Source: Patescibacteria group bacterium
GTDB taxonomy: Bacteria > Patescibacteriota > Microgenomatia > UBA8517
Reading direction: 5' to 3'
Assembly: GCA_035692185.1 (NCBI GenBank)
Contig: DASSIE010000010.1
Location: forward strand, 2,879 to 66,878
Length of the DNA stretch: 64,000 nucleotides
Each line of letters opens with the position of its first letter. Position 1 is the first letter of the stretch. Made by a program: the position numbers and the translations under genes. Below, in pieces: positions 37,602-47,933 of the stretch. The notes under the pieces are model-generated. The model was not told the DNA's origin. It saw nothing but the letters and a program-made list of their open reading frames with translations, and did no database searches.

Positions 37602-39818
37602 TTGATTGTAACATTAAAGCCAGTGTATTTGTATTTTGGATATAATATACTTGCACAAGTGAAAAAATTAATATTTCGTTTTAAAGACCAACTTTTCCTA
37701 ATTTGTTTATCATCCTCCCTAGTTTTTATATGGTTTTATAAAGGATTGATATTCGCTGGTGGAGAAGAGGGAATACCATTTTATAACCTTAACAATGCGT
37801 TTTACCTTTTTGCATATTCTTGGAGAGATTTTTCAGGTGGAATTCCAATGTCAACTGATTTAGCTAGAATTCCATTTTTTTGGATTCTTAAACTTCTAAG
37901 TAACTATTCAATACCTTCTTACTTTCTCCAAGCCGCCACCTTTTTAACGTTAATTATCGTTGGAGTTGTATCAGTATACTATTTGTTAAAAATAACTTTG
38001 GGCAACAGATTAAAATCAGGTTCACTTTTAGAACAAAGGTTATACAGTAAAGTCTCGCTTATTGGAGCTATTTTTTACCTATTAAATCCCTATTCAATGG
38101 TTCAGGTCTGGGGAAGAGGTTTGTATAACCAGTTTTTCCCCTTTGCGTTACTTCCTTTGTTTCTGGTTTTATTTATTCAGGGTGTTAAAAAGAAAAGATT
38201 TATATATGGTTTGTTGGCAGTTATTTCTTCCCTACTACTATCAGTATCGTTTGGTCAGCCTAGTTATGTTATTTCAATTTGGTTAACAATTTTTATCTAT
38301 ATAGTTTTTGAAGTATTTAAAACAAAAGATTTTGCACAGCGAAAATTTATAATTTTATACTCCTTAACAGTTTTTACGTCATGGATATTGGTGCATTCAT
38401 GGTGGATTTGGCCACTGTTTAAAACAATTAATGAAACGGTTGATAAGTTGGGTGATTTGCAATCTAATATTGGAAGTTTAAAGGGGATTAGTAAGGACTC
38501 TCCAATCTGGGTCATTATGACACTCACCCACAAATTCTTATTTGCAGGAGCTTACGGAAATATATATTCAGGACTTCCCTTTAAATTGATAAGTTTATTG
38601 GTACCAATATCTTTTTTTGTTTCATTACCACTTTTTAAAAGATTTAGTTACTTCAAATTTTATTTATGTTTATTTTTGGTATCAATTTTTATTGTTTCGG
38701 GTACAAATTTTCCATTTGGTTGGCTATTTCTTTGGTTTTTCAAGAATATTTCAATTTTTCAAGTCTTTAGGAATCCCTATGAAAAAATGGGAATTGTGTT
38801 AATGCTTGCTTGTATTCCCTTCATTTCCATTGGTCTTGTAAAAACAAGTATTTTAATACACAAATTTTATAAAAAAATTTCTGCAAAAGTATTTTTATTG
38901 ATTCTTATGTTTTTAATGTGCGGAATTTATGTTTGGCCGATGTGGACAGGTCAATTTGCAGGAGGGGTTGTTATGAGTCCATGGGCTAGTGTGCCAGTTG
39001 ATTACAAACTAGCCAATGATTGGATTAAAAGCCAGGACACAAATTCTCGAATAATTCAATTCCCATTAAACCCCGGGGACGGTGTTTTCTATACATGGCA
39101 AAATGCATATAGGGGAATTGAACCTAGCGAATTTATTTTTGATAATTCATCGATCGGAAGGAATGTGGCTATAAATAAAGTTTACTACAATGTTTTACTG
39201 GAAAGGTTTGGCGTCTTACAGAAAAACGCTTTTGGCCCAGACCCCGATATTTCTTCCTCTGAATTTCGTTCAGAAAATTTATATCAGGAATTAAACAAAC
39301 TTGATGTTAGATATATTGTTTTACATAACGATATTAATGAGAAATTAAGTGGCTTACAAAACTCAAAAGAGGTCTCCCAATATTTATCAAAGCAAAAAAA
39401 TATACAAAAGGTTAATACATTTGGTTTATTAGATATCTACGAAGTTAAAGTTCGCGATGGGGTAGATCGTATATATTCGCCAAATGTAAAGACAAATTAT
39501 CAAAAAGTTAATCCAACTTTTTACAGATTCAATGTTGAAAATTCAACTTCTAAAGCCCAGCTTAATTTTTTGGAAACATATAGCCCAAATTGGGAGTTAT
39601 TTATTGATGGTAAAGAAATCGAAACACATTCAATAGTTTTTTCTTATGCCAATTCATGGACTATCAACAGAACTGGTACCTATTCAGGGTACATTAAATA
39701 CAAAACTCAAGATTATGTTACTGAGGGTGGAAAAATTAGCATTGTAACTTTAATCGTGTTAATAATAATGATTGTGGTTTTAGTTTTGAAAAAGAGAATA
39801 AAAAAAGAACAATGGTAA
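37602..39818 (+). CDS. Large GT-C-like membrane protein with extracytoplasmic C-terminal domain and C-terminal TM anchor (YfhO/AftD-like architecture), paralog 1 of 3
   Basis: 738 aa. N-terminal motif GGEEGIPFYNL and FRNPYEKMGIVL are shared with 44170..47715. C-terminal NWELFIDGKEI...YSGYIKYK beta-rich domain, then the final TM LIVLIIMIVVLVL. Confidence 0.4.
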   Translation: MIVTLKPVYLYFGYNILAQVKKLIFRFKDQLFLICLSSSLVFIWFYKGLIFAGGEEGIPFYNLNNAFYLFAYSWRDFSGGIPMSTDLARIPFFWILKLLSNYSIPSYFLQAATFLTLIIVGVVSVYYLLKITLGNRLKSGSLLEQRLYSKVSLIGAIFYLLNPYSMVQVWGRGLYNQFFPFALLPLFLVLFIQGVKKKRFIYGLLAVISSLLLSVSFGQPSYVISIWLTIFIYIVFEVFKTKDFAQRKFIILYSLTVFTSWILVHSWWIWPLFKTINETVDKLGDLQSNIGSLKGISKDSPIWVIMTLTHKFLFAGAYGNIYSGLPFKLISLLVPISFFVSLPLFKRFSYFKFYLCLFLVSIFIVSGTNFPFGWLFLWFFKNISIFQVFRNPYEKMGIVLMLACIPFISIGLVKTSILIHKFYKKISAKVFLLILMFLMCGIYVWPMWTGQFAGGVVMSPWASVPVDYKLANDWIKSQDTNSRIIQFPLNPGDGVFYTWQNAYRGIEPSEFIFDNSSIGRNVAINKVYYNVLLERFGVLQKNAFGPDPDISSSEFRSENLYQELNKLDVRYIVLHNDINEKLSGLQNSKEVSQYLSKQKNIQKVNTFGLLDIYEVKVRDGVDRIYSPNVKTNYQKVNPTFYRFNVENSTSKAQLNFLETYSPNWELFIDGKEIETHSIVFSYANSWTINRTGTYSGYIKYKTQDYVTEGGKISIVTLIVLIIMIVVLVLKKRIKKEQW

Positions 39819-41002
39819 ATATAAAAATTTTCGCATTAGCGGCATTGGGAAAAGGACTATCAGGAAGTGACAGAATCTTTATAGAATTTGCTAGACGTTG
39901 GCAAAAGAATGGGAACATAATTATTTACGTTAATGAAGAAGGCAGGGAGATGTGTAGAAGACAAAATCTTCAAGAAAGTCAGGGTTTAAAATATGTTATA
40001 TGGAAAACACCAAAGAAGGCAAAATCACAGTTTTTAATTACCTATTTTTATAGAGTTTTTCGCTCGATCTTTGAGTCATTTAAAACTAAATTAGTAAATA
40101 GTCCAGAGACTATTCTCTATTCAGCTTCTGAGTTTTGGATGGATAGCTTGCCAGCTTTTATTTTGAAAATTCGTTACCCTAAAGTTATTTGGGCAGCTTC
40201 ATGGTATCAAACTGCTCCGAATCCATTAGTTGGGTTTGCTGAAGGTAAGAGGGAGAAAGCATATAATTTTAGTGCCTTTTTGTATTTTTTTGCTCAACTT
40301 CCAGTAAAGCCATTAGTAGCTAATTTTTCTGATTGTGTTCTAGTCAATAACGAAGAAGAAAGAAAAAAACAATTCCCAAGGTTAAATAAACTTGGAAGGG
40401 CAATAGTTGTTATCGGTGCAATCGATTTAGAGGGCATAAGAAAGTGGATAAAGTCTCATGGTAAAAGTAAAAAAACTTATGACGCGGTTTTTCAAGGAAG
40501 GTTTCATCCTCAAAAAGGAGTTGTTGAATTAATTGAAATATGGAAAAAAGTAGTCACAATAAAACCAAATTCTAAATTAGCCATGATTGGAGATGGGCCA
40601 TTAATGGGTGATGTCAAAGAGAAAATTCGAAATCTAAAATTAAGCAAAAATATAAAACTATTCGGATATGTTTTTGATGGAGATGAAAAGTACAATATTT
40701 TTTCAAAAAGTAAAATTGTAGTCCACCCTGCCTTTTATGATAGTGGTGGAATGGCTTCGGCTGAAGCCATGGCTTTTGAACTGCCATGTATAGGTTTTGA
40801 TTTAGAATCGTATCGCTCCTACTACCCAAAAGGAATGATAAAAGTTAAAATTGGTGACTTAAAAAAATTTGCGGAGACAATTTTAGACACTTTAGATAAT
40901 AGTCAAAAAAGGAATCGTGTTGGAAAAGAAGCCCTCACAATGATTAGGAAAAATTGGTCTTGGGACAAAAGAGCGAGCGAGGTTTTAGAATTAATAAAAT
41001 AG
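39812..41002 (+). CDS. GT4 family glycosyltransferase
   Basis: HPAFYDSGGMASAEAMAFELPCIGFD. 396 aa GT-B length. Confidence 0.6.
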   Translation: MVNIKIFALAALGKGLSGSDRIFIEFARRWQKNGNIIIYVNEEGREMCRRQNLQESQGLKYVIWKTPKKAKSQFLITYFYRVFRSIFESFKTKLVNSPETILYSASEFWMDSLPAFILKIRYPKVIWAASWYQTAPNPLVGFAEGKREKAYNFSAFLYFFAQLPVKPLVANFSDCVLVNNEEERKKQFPRLNKLGRAIVVIGAIDLEGIRKWIKSHGKSKKTYDAVFQGRFHPQKGVVELIEIWKKVVTIKPNSKLAMIGDGPLMGDVKEKIRNLKLSKNIKLFGYVFDGDEKYNIFSKSKIVVHPAFYDSGGMASAEAMAFELPCIGFDLESYRSYYPKGMIKVKIGDLKKFAETILDTLDNSQKRNRVGKEALTMIRKNWSWDKRASEVLELIK

Positions 41003-41005
41003 ATT

Positions 41006-41884
41006 ATGAATAAATCAAAATTTTTAAGATCGGCAATAGTTAGCAAAAAGCCATTGTTGGCTCAAATTTTATTAAACCCTGTTGTTTCTTTCGTCTACTT
41101 CGTCATTTCTAGGTCTGCAAGATTGTTGAGTGTGCCAGTTTACAAAAAAGCAAAAACTTTTTGGGGCCAAAGTATGGAAGGAATTATAACCGACCCCAAC
41201 TTCTCCTTTATTTATCTTTTTGGTTTTTCGGATGAAGGCTTAACCCAGATGATTATGAAGTACCTCAAAACTGGTATGACATTTGTGGATATTGGAGCAC
41301 ATATTGGTTATGAAACTTTGTTGTCGTCTAAAATAGTTGGCAGTGAAGGTAAAGTTTTTTCTTTTGAACCAACTCCAAATACGTATAATTTGCTTTACAA
41401 GAATACTAGAGAGTTAAAAAACGTTGTAATTAATAATATGGCCGTTTGGTCAAAAAATAGCATTTTAAAACTTTTTGATTTTGGGCTTTCATATTCGGGA
41501 CTAAATAGTTTTTTTAAACCTCGTGTTTCAAAAAAAATATCACAGAGTTTAAAACCGGAAAGTATTAGTGTTCCGGCAATTTCTATTGATGATTACGCCA
41601 AACTTTACAGTGTAAAACCAGACTTTATAAAGATTGATGCTGAGTCTGCAGAATATGATATTATTGTCGGTATGACAAAAACTATCACTGATTTAAAACC
41701 AATTATCGTCCTTGAAATAGGAGATGTTTCAGAAGAGTTTGGTAAAACAAAAAAATGTGTTAAATATTTAAAGAATTTTGGTTATAAAGTTCTTGAATAT
41801 AATGCCGGAATAATTCAGGAGCACATAATTCGTGATAGCTATCTTGGTGTTTATGACAATCTTCTATTTTTACCACTAAAATGA
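41006..41884 (+). CDS. FkbM-family SAM-dependent methyltransferase
   Basis: MTFVDIGAHIGYETL, FSFEPTPNTY, ISIDDY, PDFIKIDAESAEYDII are typical of the FkbM (Methyltransf_21) fold. Confidence 0.6.
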   Translation: MNKSKFLRSAIVSKKPLLAQILLNPVVSFVYFVISRSARLLSVPVYKKAKTFWGQSMEGIITDPNFSFIYLFGFSDEGLTQMIMKYLKTGMTFVDIGAHIGYETLLSSKIVGSEGKVFSFEPTPNTYNLLYKNTRELKNVVINNMAVWSKNSILKLFDFGLSYSGLNSFFKPRVSKKISQSLKPESISVPAISIDDYAKLYSVKPDFIKIDAESAEYDIIVGMTKTITDLKPIIVLEIGDVSEEFGKTKKCVKYLKNFGYKVLEYNAGIIQEHIIRDSYLGVYDNLLFLPLK

Positions 41885-43479
41885 AAAAGGAAAAACTTGT
41901 TTCTGTAATTATTGTTACTAGAGATAGAAAAAAAGATTTGTTAGAGTGCCTTAATTCCTACGTTAAATCTTCATACAAAAATATTGAAATAATTGTAATT
42001 GACAATGCAAGTCGGCCACCGGTTCTTACTTGGTTACCAAAGAAATTTAAAAATGTAAATTTGATTACCAGGGATACAAATGTTGGAGCCGCCGAAGGAA
42101 GAAATATTGGAATTGAAAATGCCAAAGGTGAATATCTAATTTTTACAGATGATGACGCATATGCAGGCCGTGATATGGTTAAAAATTTGATTGATGTGTT
42201 TGCTAAGCAAAAAAAAGCAGGAATTGTTCAGCCTTTAATATACGACAAAAACAAAAAGAATTTTCTTCAGGGTGCAGGTCACGATGTAAATTTATTGACT
42301 GGAAGAATTAGAGCTTGGGGAGTTCAGGAGAAAGATATGGGCCAATATGATGGAATTCGCGAGGTCCCGCTTTGCGGATGCGTTTGGATGGTTAAAAGAA
42401 ATGTAATTGAAAAAATCGGCAACTATGATGAAGATTATTTTATACCATATGAAGATTCAGATTTTTCGATGAGGGCAAGAGAAGCCGGGTTTAAATTGTA
42501 TTGTTATTCAAAAGCTAAAAGTTGGCATCAAGGAATTAAAAAAACATTTGTTCACCCTAGAATTGAGTGGTTGGGTATTACTTCAAAAGAAAGAGCATTC
42601 AGAGTAGCAAAAAATAAAATGATCTTTATGCGAAAACATTCCCCTTTTCCTCAAAATATATTTTTCTTTTTAATCATGTTACCTGCATATATCCTAGTTC
42701 ACTCCGCCATAATAATATCCTCAGGAAGATTTGATGTTTTGTGGCAGTACTTTTTAGGGATATTGTCTGGAATCTTATATATATTATTTTACCCATTTTT
42801 TGGACTCCGGAAGGTTTATAAAGACATTGACAAAAAACTAACATCATCAAAATTGTTTCTGATGGCTTGGACCGAACCAATAGGATGGCTTATCAATAAA
42901 AATGCAAAAACAATACTTGATGTTGGTTGTGGAGAAGGACTTCCAATGCGTTTTATTAAAATTAGAATGAAACCAAAGCACACAGTTGGGGTAGATTTAT
43001 TCGAGCCATATATAGAAGAGTCTCGAAAGAAGAAAATCCACAATGAATACGTCCTTTCGGATATAAGAAAGCTTCCATTTAAAAATAAGTCTTTTGATGT
43101 CGTGATATCTTTACAAGTTTTAGAACACCTTACCAAGAAAGAAGCCTGGTCAGTGCTCGAAAAAATGGAAAAAATTGCAAAGAAACAAGTGATTGTTGCG
43201 ACTCCGGTCGGTGAGATGTATCATCCTGCAGTGGACAGTAATCCACTCCAGATGCATCAATCGGATTTCCAGGCAAAGGATTTTGAGGATCGAGGTTACA
43301 AGACTTTGCAATTCGGCAGAAAAAGTCTTTTTGGTGAAGAAGGCATTGTTCATAAAGTGAAGAATGACTTTTTGAGAAAATTAATATATTTTGTTAATAT
43401 TCTTTTGACACCATTTTTTTATGCAATACCATCTATAAATGATTACCATATTTACGCTGTAAAAGATTTAACTAAATAA
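41881..43479 (+). CDS. Bifunctional fusion: N-terminal GT2 glycosyltransferase, C-terminal class I SAM methyltransferase
   Basis: VSVIIVTRDRKKDLLECLNS...IEIIVIDNAS...FTDDDA (GT2), then membrane helices, then ILDVGCGEGLP...FDVVISLQVLEHL (MTase motifs I and post-II). 532 aa. Confidence 0.6.
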   Translation: MKKEKLVSVIIVTRDRKKDLLECLNSYVKSSYKNIEIIVIDNASRPPVLTWLPKKFKNVNLITRDTNVGAAEGRNIGIENAKGEYLIFTDDDAYAGRDMVKNLIDVFAKQKKAGIVQPLIYDKNKKNFLQGAGHDVNLLTGRIRAWGVQEKDMGQYDGIREVPLCGCVWMVKRNVIEKIGNYDEDYFIPYEDSDFSMRAREAGFKLYCYSKAKSWHQGIKKTFVHPRIEWLGITSKERAFRVAKNKMIFMRKHSPFPQNIFFFLIMLPAYILVHSAIIISSGRFDVLWQYFLGILSGILYILFYPFFGLRKVYKDIDKKLTSSKLFLMAWTEPIGWLINKNAKTILDVGCGEGLPMRFIKIRMKPKHTVGVDLFEPYIEESRKKKIHNEYVLSDIRKLPFKNKSFDVVISLQVLEHLTKKEAWSVLEKMEKIAKKQVIVATPVGEMYHPAVDSNPLQMHQSDFQAKDFEDRGYKTLQFGRKSLFGEEGIVHKVKNDFLRKLIYFVNILLTPFFYAIPSINDYHIYAVKDLTK

Positions 43480-43480
43480 T

Positions 43481-44194
43481 ATGTTTAAAAAATTTGTTAG
43501 GAACGTTGTCAAGGTTGTTTATCATGCAATGCAAAAGACATCGATTGGAAGAGTAATCGAGGAAGAATTTGAAATGTTTGCCTATTCTGGTACAGGGTCC
43601 AGGCATTTTGAATACCCGTTTGCCATATCTGAGGTTCTTAAAAAGAAAAGCAAAATAAAAACAATTCTTGATGCTGGAAGTTATGGTTCACTTTTACCAC
43701 TTATCCTTGCCAGTATGGGATTTAAAGTTACAGGTGCTGATATCAATTTTTGGGAAGTTAAATTTCCGAACTTTTCTGCAGCAAAGGTTGACTTAAAAAA
43801 GATCCAATATAAAACTAGATCCTTTGATTGTGTAACCGCAGTATCCACTATTGAGCATGTAGGACTACCACGTTTTCGTGAAGAGATTGATGAGAATGGA
43901 GACATTGATGCAATGACAGAGCTTGTCCGAGTTTTAAAAAAGGGTGGGCCTCTTGTTTTAACTGTGCCATATGCACCAAAATACAGGGTGTGGTCTAATA
44001 AAGGACGTTTTTATGATTCAAAAAGATTGGCACTTCTAACTGAAGGGATAAAGATTACAAAGAAGGAATTTTTTGGACCATTGGGTTCAGGTGGGCACAA
44101 TTTTGGATCTTGGACCGAAAAACAAGCAAATACAAAGAAATTTAAGCGAGAAGGTGATCACTGTGTAGTTTGTTTAGTCGGTGTAAAGATATGA
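43481..44194 (+). CDS. Class I methyltransferase-like protein
   Basis: ILDAGSYGSLLPLILASMGFKVTGADI (motif I-like), FDCVTAVSTIEHV, LKKGGPLVLTVP. Confidence 0.45.
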   Translation: MFKKFVRNVVKVVYHAMQKTSIGRVIEEEFEMFAYSGTGSRHFEYPFAISEVLKKKSKIKTILDAGSYGSLLPLILASMGFKVTGADINFWEVKFPNFSAAKVDLKKIQYKTRSFDCVTAVSTIEHVGLPRFREEIDENGDIDAMTELVRVLKKGGPLVLTVPYAPKYRVWSNKGRFYDSKRLALLTEGIKITKKEFFGPLGSGGHNFGSWTEKQANTKKFKREGDHCVVCLVGVKI

Positions 44195-47100
44195 TTAATG
44201 AAAAGAGAAACTTTTTTTTTAATCCCTTCATAATTTTTGTTGTAATATCTACAATTTTGACGCTAATTTGGTTTAAAGATGGGTCTATCCTTGGTGGTGG
44301 TGAGGTAGGGGCCCCTTTTTATAATTTGACCAGAATGTATGAAATGAGCAATATGGCGTGGTCTGATAGGGGTTTAGGCAAGTCCACTGGTTTTAGTGTT
44401 GGCGGGGCAGCATATTATGCCTTTTTTAATTTCTTCCAAAATATTGGAGTTCAAGGCTATATTCTTCAGGCATCCTTCTTTTTTATCTGTTTGCTTTTAA
44501 CACTTATCTCTTCTTATTTATTAATGAGGGAAGTTTTGCCCAAATTAGGAAAAGCAAGTTACTTGTATGCTTCTTTGTTTTATCTTGTTAATCCATATTC
44601 GCTCGTTAACATCTGGAACAGATTTCTTCCGAATCAAATAATATTTTATGCATTTTTACCACTCGGTATTTGGCTTTTTATTTATGGATTAAGGACAAAA
44701 AAATATTATTTCGCGATTTTAAATATGATTTTAACCGCAGTGTTTTCAGTTGCTTTTATAGGTCCTGCGCAGACTCTAATTTTTTGGGGATTAATGTTTT
44801 TAGTTGGTCTCTATTATTTTATATTTGAAAAGAAGGATAAATTTGTGTTTCTTTATTTTATATTAAACGTATTATTGTGGCTTATTTTTAATTCATTTTG
44901 GGTTATACAACAAATTTCTTTCAGATTTTCTCAAACTTATACAACAGTAAGTAATTTGTTTTTTACATCAGTTGGAAATTTTGAAACTTTTAACTCATTA
45001 AGTAGGCAATTGGGAAAATTATCAAATCTTTTTTTACTGCAACACGGACCATTTTTTGAAGATACTTTTGGGTTTCAATATAATTGGCCAGCTGTTTACA
45101 ACCATCCAATATTCCTTATTTGCCAATGGGCATTCATAATATATGTATTATCCATTGCGATCAAAAATATTAAGTCGTATTGGATTAACTTTTTCTTCTT
45201 AGTATTCCTAATAGGTATTTTTATTTCGAAAGGAAATTCTCAACCTCTCGGGGAAGTTGTTGATTTTTTATTCAAAAGAATATCATTCTTAGAGTTTTTT
45301 AGAAATCCATTCGAAAAAGCTGGAGTTCTGATTGCATTTGGATTAACACCTCTGGTTGGTCTTGGATATTCTAAAATATCTCAGTATGCAAACAGTTTAA
45401 GACGATCAGCAAAGTTATTTATTTTGTATATTCCTTGGGTTTATATAACCATTTTAGGTTTTCCGTTTTGGACTGGATTTGTCTTTACTAACGGCTATTC
45501 TCCAAGTAACAATATAAATATTGGATACCAAGTTGTCCCGCCGGATTATTATTTATCAGCAGACAACTATCTTTCTGAGCAACCTGGGTTATTTAGATTT
45601 ATGTCATTGCCTATTGGTGGGGAAGGAATTTACAATAATTGGCTTAAAGGTTATGTTGGCGTCGAGCAGTCTGGGGTTTTGTTTTCAACTCCCAGTTTGT
45701 CATACGACACCACAATACCATTGTATAGTGGAGTAGTTTCCAAAATTGAAGAATTGTTTATACGCTACCCAGATTTTTACAGGTTAGCAGGAATGCTAAA
45801 CCTTAAATATCTTGTTTTTAGATCAGATTTTGATTATGTTCGTTCGGGTATGCGGGATCCGAATGTTATAGAACAACTTTTGGCAAAAAGAATTTTGGAT
45901 CCCAATTCGAAAATATCATTTGATTCAAATTTTTTACCACTTAAAATTTTTAAATTTGCCCAAGATATAACACTGCCTAAAATATATGCTGCAAACAAGA
46001 ATATAAATAGCGATCTTGCGGGATCATTAGAAGATGCACTAATTGTTCAAAATGAACCAAGAGATGTAATCAGCAATTACAATAATCCAAATTTGGATGA
46101 TAGAACTTATGCAAACATTTCCCATAGTCAGACCTTTTTTAATTTGGGAGAAAAATATCCGACGTACTCCGAGGATTATTATATTTTTCCATACGTAAGC
46201 GTTCTACCTAGTTCATATAAATATAAGTTAGTTTTGATAAAAGAAAAACTTCAAAGAATATTGATGCTAAATAATACAGACAGAGTTTCATTCGATATTC
46301 TTTTATTGGGCAAAAGACTTAAAGAGGCTGAATTGTCGTTAAGCACAAATGATTTTAAGTCCGCCCATATCTCTTTGGACGGTTACAATTCAACCATGCC
46401 GCAGGTTGTAAAAGAAATAAGTCAGATGTCCGGACTTAAACAACCAGATGAGAGAACTTGGAAAGAAGGTGAGATGTTTACTATATTTAGTAGCCACATA
46501 TTTTTACTTAATAAATTTGAAACCAACGAAATTAACAAAGATGGATATGTTAGTAAAATTAAATCAAACTTGGTTGAAGAGACTTCACTGGCGAAGATTT
46601 TGCCAAGATTTAGTCCTATCGGGGATAACAATTTTTCAACTTCAAACAGATTAGTTTATCAATGGAAAACAGATAAAGAAGGAATTTATGAGATGTTAAT
46701 TCCTAAAACTACTTTATTTCCAAGTAAGTTTAACATCCCAAAGATGTTGGAAATTCAGTTAGATGACCATATAAAGAGTGTTTACGTCCAAGACACAAAG
46801 GAAGGTATATCACTTGGTGTTCAAATATTAACTAAGGGATTACATGAAATTCAGATTGTCTCTCCAGCGTCGAGCAATATGCTCAGTGACAACTTTGGTT
46901 ATTCACTAGATGTTTCATCTGGATCAACTGAGCAAAAACTGTTGTTTCCTAAGTTTGACCCATACTCGCAATATGTCATTAACTTTGATTATAAAATATT
47001 TTATGGGGCTGGTTTAAATTTCGCGATAAAGGCAAATACAGATCAAGTCGATCGAAAAACAAACGAACAGCGGTATTCATTCAGTAAAGGTTTATCGTCA

Positions 47101-47715
47101 GATGGATACTGGTACGACAATAAACATTTCTCCGGCATTTTTAAACCTTCGTCAAAGTCTGATTCCGCAGAAGTTATATTTTCAACCTCAGTCTGGAATA
47201 ATTGTAACGAGGTTTATTTAAATATTTCAAAAAAATGTTTAGACCCAGAAACAAGAAAAAAGTTTGATAGGCCTACCAAAATCGAAATCAAAGATATAAA
47301 TATTTCTCCACTTATTCCACAACAATTATTTCTGATATCTAAAAATGATACAAATAAAAAAGTAGAGATACCCGAAATTGAATTTAATAGACTTAACTTT
47401 ACGAAGTATCGTGTAACGGTTAAAGGAGCAAAATCCCCCTACTTATTAGTTTTATCTGATCTTTATGACTCCGGATGGGCGGTGTATTCTGATAACATAG
47501 AGTTAGATACTAAAAATCATTTTTTGGTTAATGGTTATGCAAATGCCTGGTGGATAGATAAAAATGGTGACTACAATTTAGATATTGTTTATAAGCCTCA
47601 ACAAGTGCTTAGCATTGGATATAAAATATCGTTTATTGCCATTTCACTATCGTCAGTATTTTTGATCCTTGTTACTATTAAAAATTATCTAAAGCGATTC
47701 AAAAACAAGATATGA
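44170..47715 (+). CDS. Giant GT-C-like membrane protein (YfhO/AftD-like architecture), paralog 2 of 3
   Basis: 1181 aa: about 430-aa polytopic N-domain (GGGEVGAPFYNL; FRNPFEKAGVL), about 700-aa soluble domain, C-terminal SGWAVYSDN...NGYANAWWIDKNGDY, then the final TM ISFIAISLSSVFLILV. A T9 homopolymer sits at codons ~14-17. Confidence 0.4.
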   Translation: MFSRCKDMINEKRNFFFNPFIIFVVISTILTLIWFKDGSILGGGEVGAPFYNLTRMYEMSNMAWSDRGLGKSTGFSVGGAAYYAFFNFFQNIGVQGYILQASFFFICLLLTLISSYLLMREVLPKLGKASYLYASLFYLVNPYSLVNIWNRFLPNQIIFYAFLPLGIWLFIYGLRTKKYYFAILNMILTAVFSVAFIGPAQTLIFWGLMFLVGLYYFIFEKKDKFVFLYFILNVLLWLIFNSFWVIQQISFRFSQTYTTVSNLFFTSVGNFETFNSLSRQLGKLSNLFLLQHGPFFEDTFGFQYNWPAVYNHPIFLICQWAFIIYVLSIAIKNIKSYWINFFFLVFLIGIFISKGNSQPLGEVVDFLFKRISFLEFFRNPFEKAGVLIAFGLTPLVGLGYSKISQYANSLRRSAKLFILYIPWVYITILGFPFWTGFVFTNGYSPSNNINIGYQVVPPDYYLSADNYLSEQPGLFRFMSLPIGGEGIYNNWLKGYVGVEQSGVLFSTPSLSYDTTIPLYSGVVSKIEELFIRYPDFYRLAGMLNLKYLVFRSDFDYVRSGMRDPNVIEQLLAKRILDPNSKISFDSNFLPLKIFKFAQDITLPKIYAANKNINSDLAGSLEDALIVQNEPRDVISNYNNPNLDDRTYANISHSQTFFNLGEKYPTYSEDYYIFPYVSVLPSSYKYKLVLIKEKLQRILMLNNTDRVSFDILLLGKRLKEAELSLSTNDFKSAHISLDGYNSTMPQVVKEISQMSGLKQPDERTWKEGEMFTIFSSHIFLLNKFETNEINKDGYVSKIKSNLVEETSLAKILPRFSPIGDNNFSTSNRLVYQWKTDKEGIYEMLIPKTTLFPSKFNIPKMLEIQLDDHIKSVYVQDTKEGISLGVQILTKGLHEIQIVSPASSNMLSDNFGYSLDVSSGSTEQKLLFPKFDPYSQYVINFDYKIFYGAGLNFAIKANTDQVDRKTNEQRYSFSKGLSSDGYWYDNKHFSGIFKPSSKSDSAEVIFSTSVWNNCNEVYLNISKKCLDPETRKKFDRPTKIEIKDINISPLIPQQLFLISKNDTNKKVEIPEIEFNRLNFTKYRVTVKGAKSPYLLVLSDLYDSGWAVYSDNIELDTKNHFLVNGYANAWWIDKNGDYNLDIVYKPQQVLSIGYKISFIAISLSSVFLILVTIKNYLKRFKNKI

Positions 47716-47933
47716 TTTATTGGATTTTATTAATAATTATTATTATTTTTACAAAATATAAAGTTGCTAGTGGGACTCTCTTTCAAGCAGGTTTAATAAT
47801 GATGCTAGTTGGAGCTTTTTTTGATATTTTTAAACTAACTGATATTTCAGAAATGTTGTTAAGTGCGGCATTAATTCTTTGGGTTGTTGGAATTGTCGGA
47901 ACCTGTATAGATCTATATAAACATAAATTATGA
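47712..47933 (+). CDS. Small hydrophobic membrane protein (73 aa), unknown
   Basis: Two to three predicted TM helices. Translationally coupled (ATGA) between two giant paralogs. Confidence 0.3.
   Translation: MIYWILLIIIIIFTKYKVASGTLFQAGLIMMLVGAFFDIFKLTDISEMLLSAALILWVVGIVGTCIDLYKHKL

Noticed and set aside
44212-44220. T9 homopolymer near the 5' end of the 1181-aa membrane protein gene, and a T8 at about 10338 in the GT39 gene, as possible slipped-strand phase-variation switches
   Set aside because: At roughly one-third T content, several T8-T9 tracts are expected by chance in 64 kb on two strands. There is no evidence of length heterogeneity, so this is not supportable as phase variation from sequence alone.
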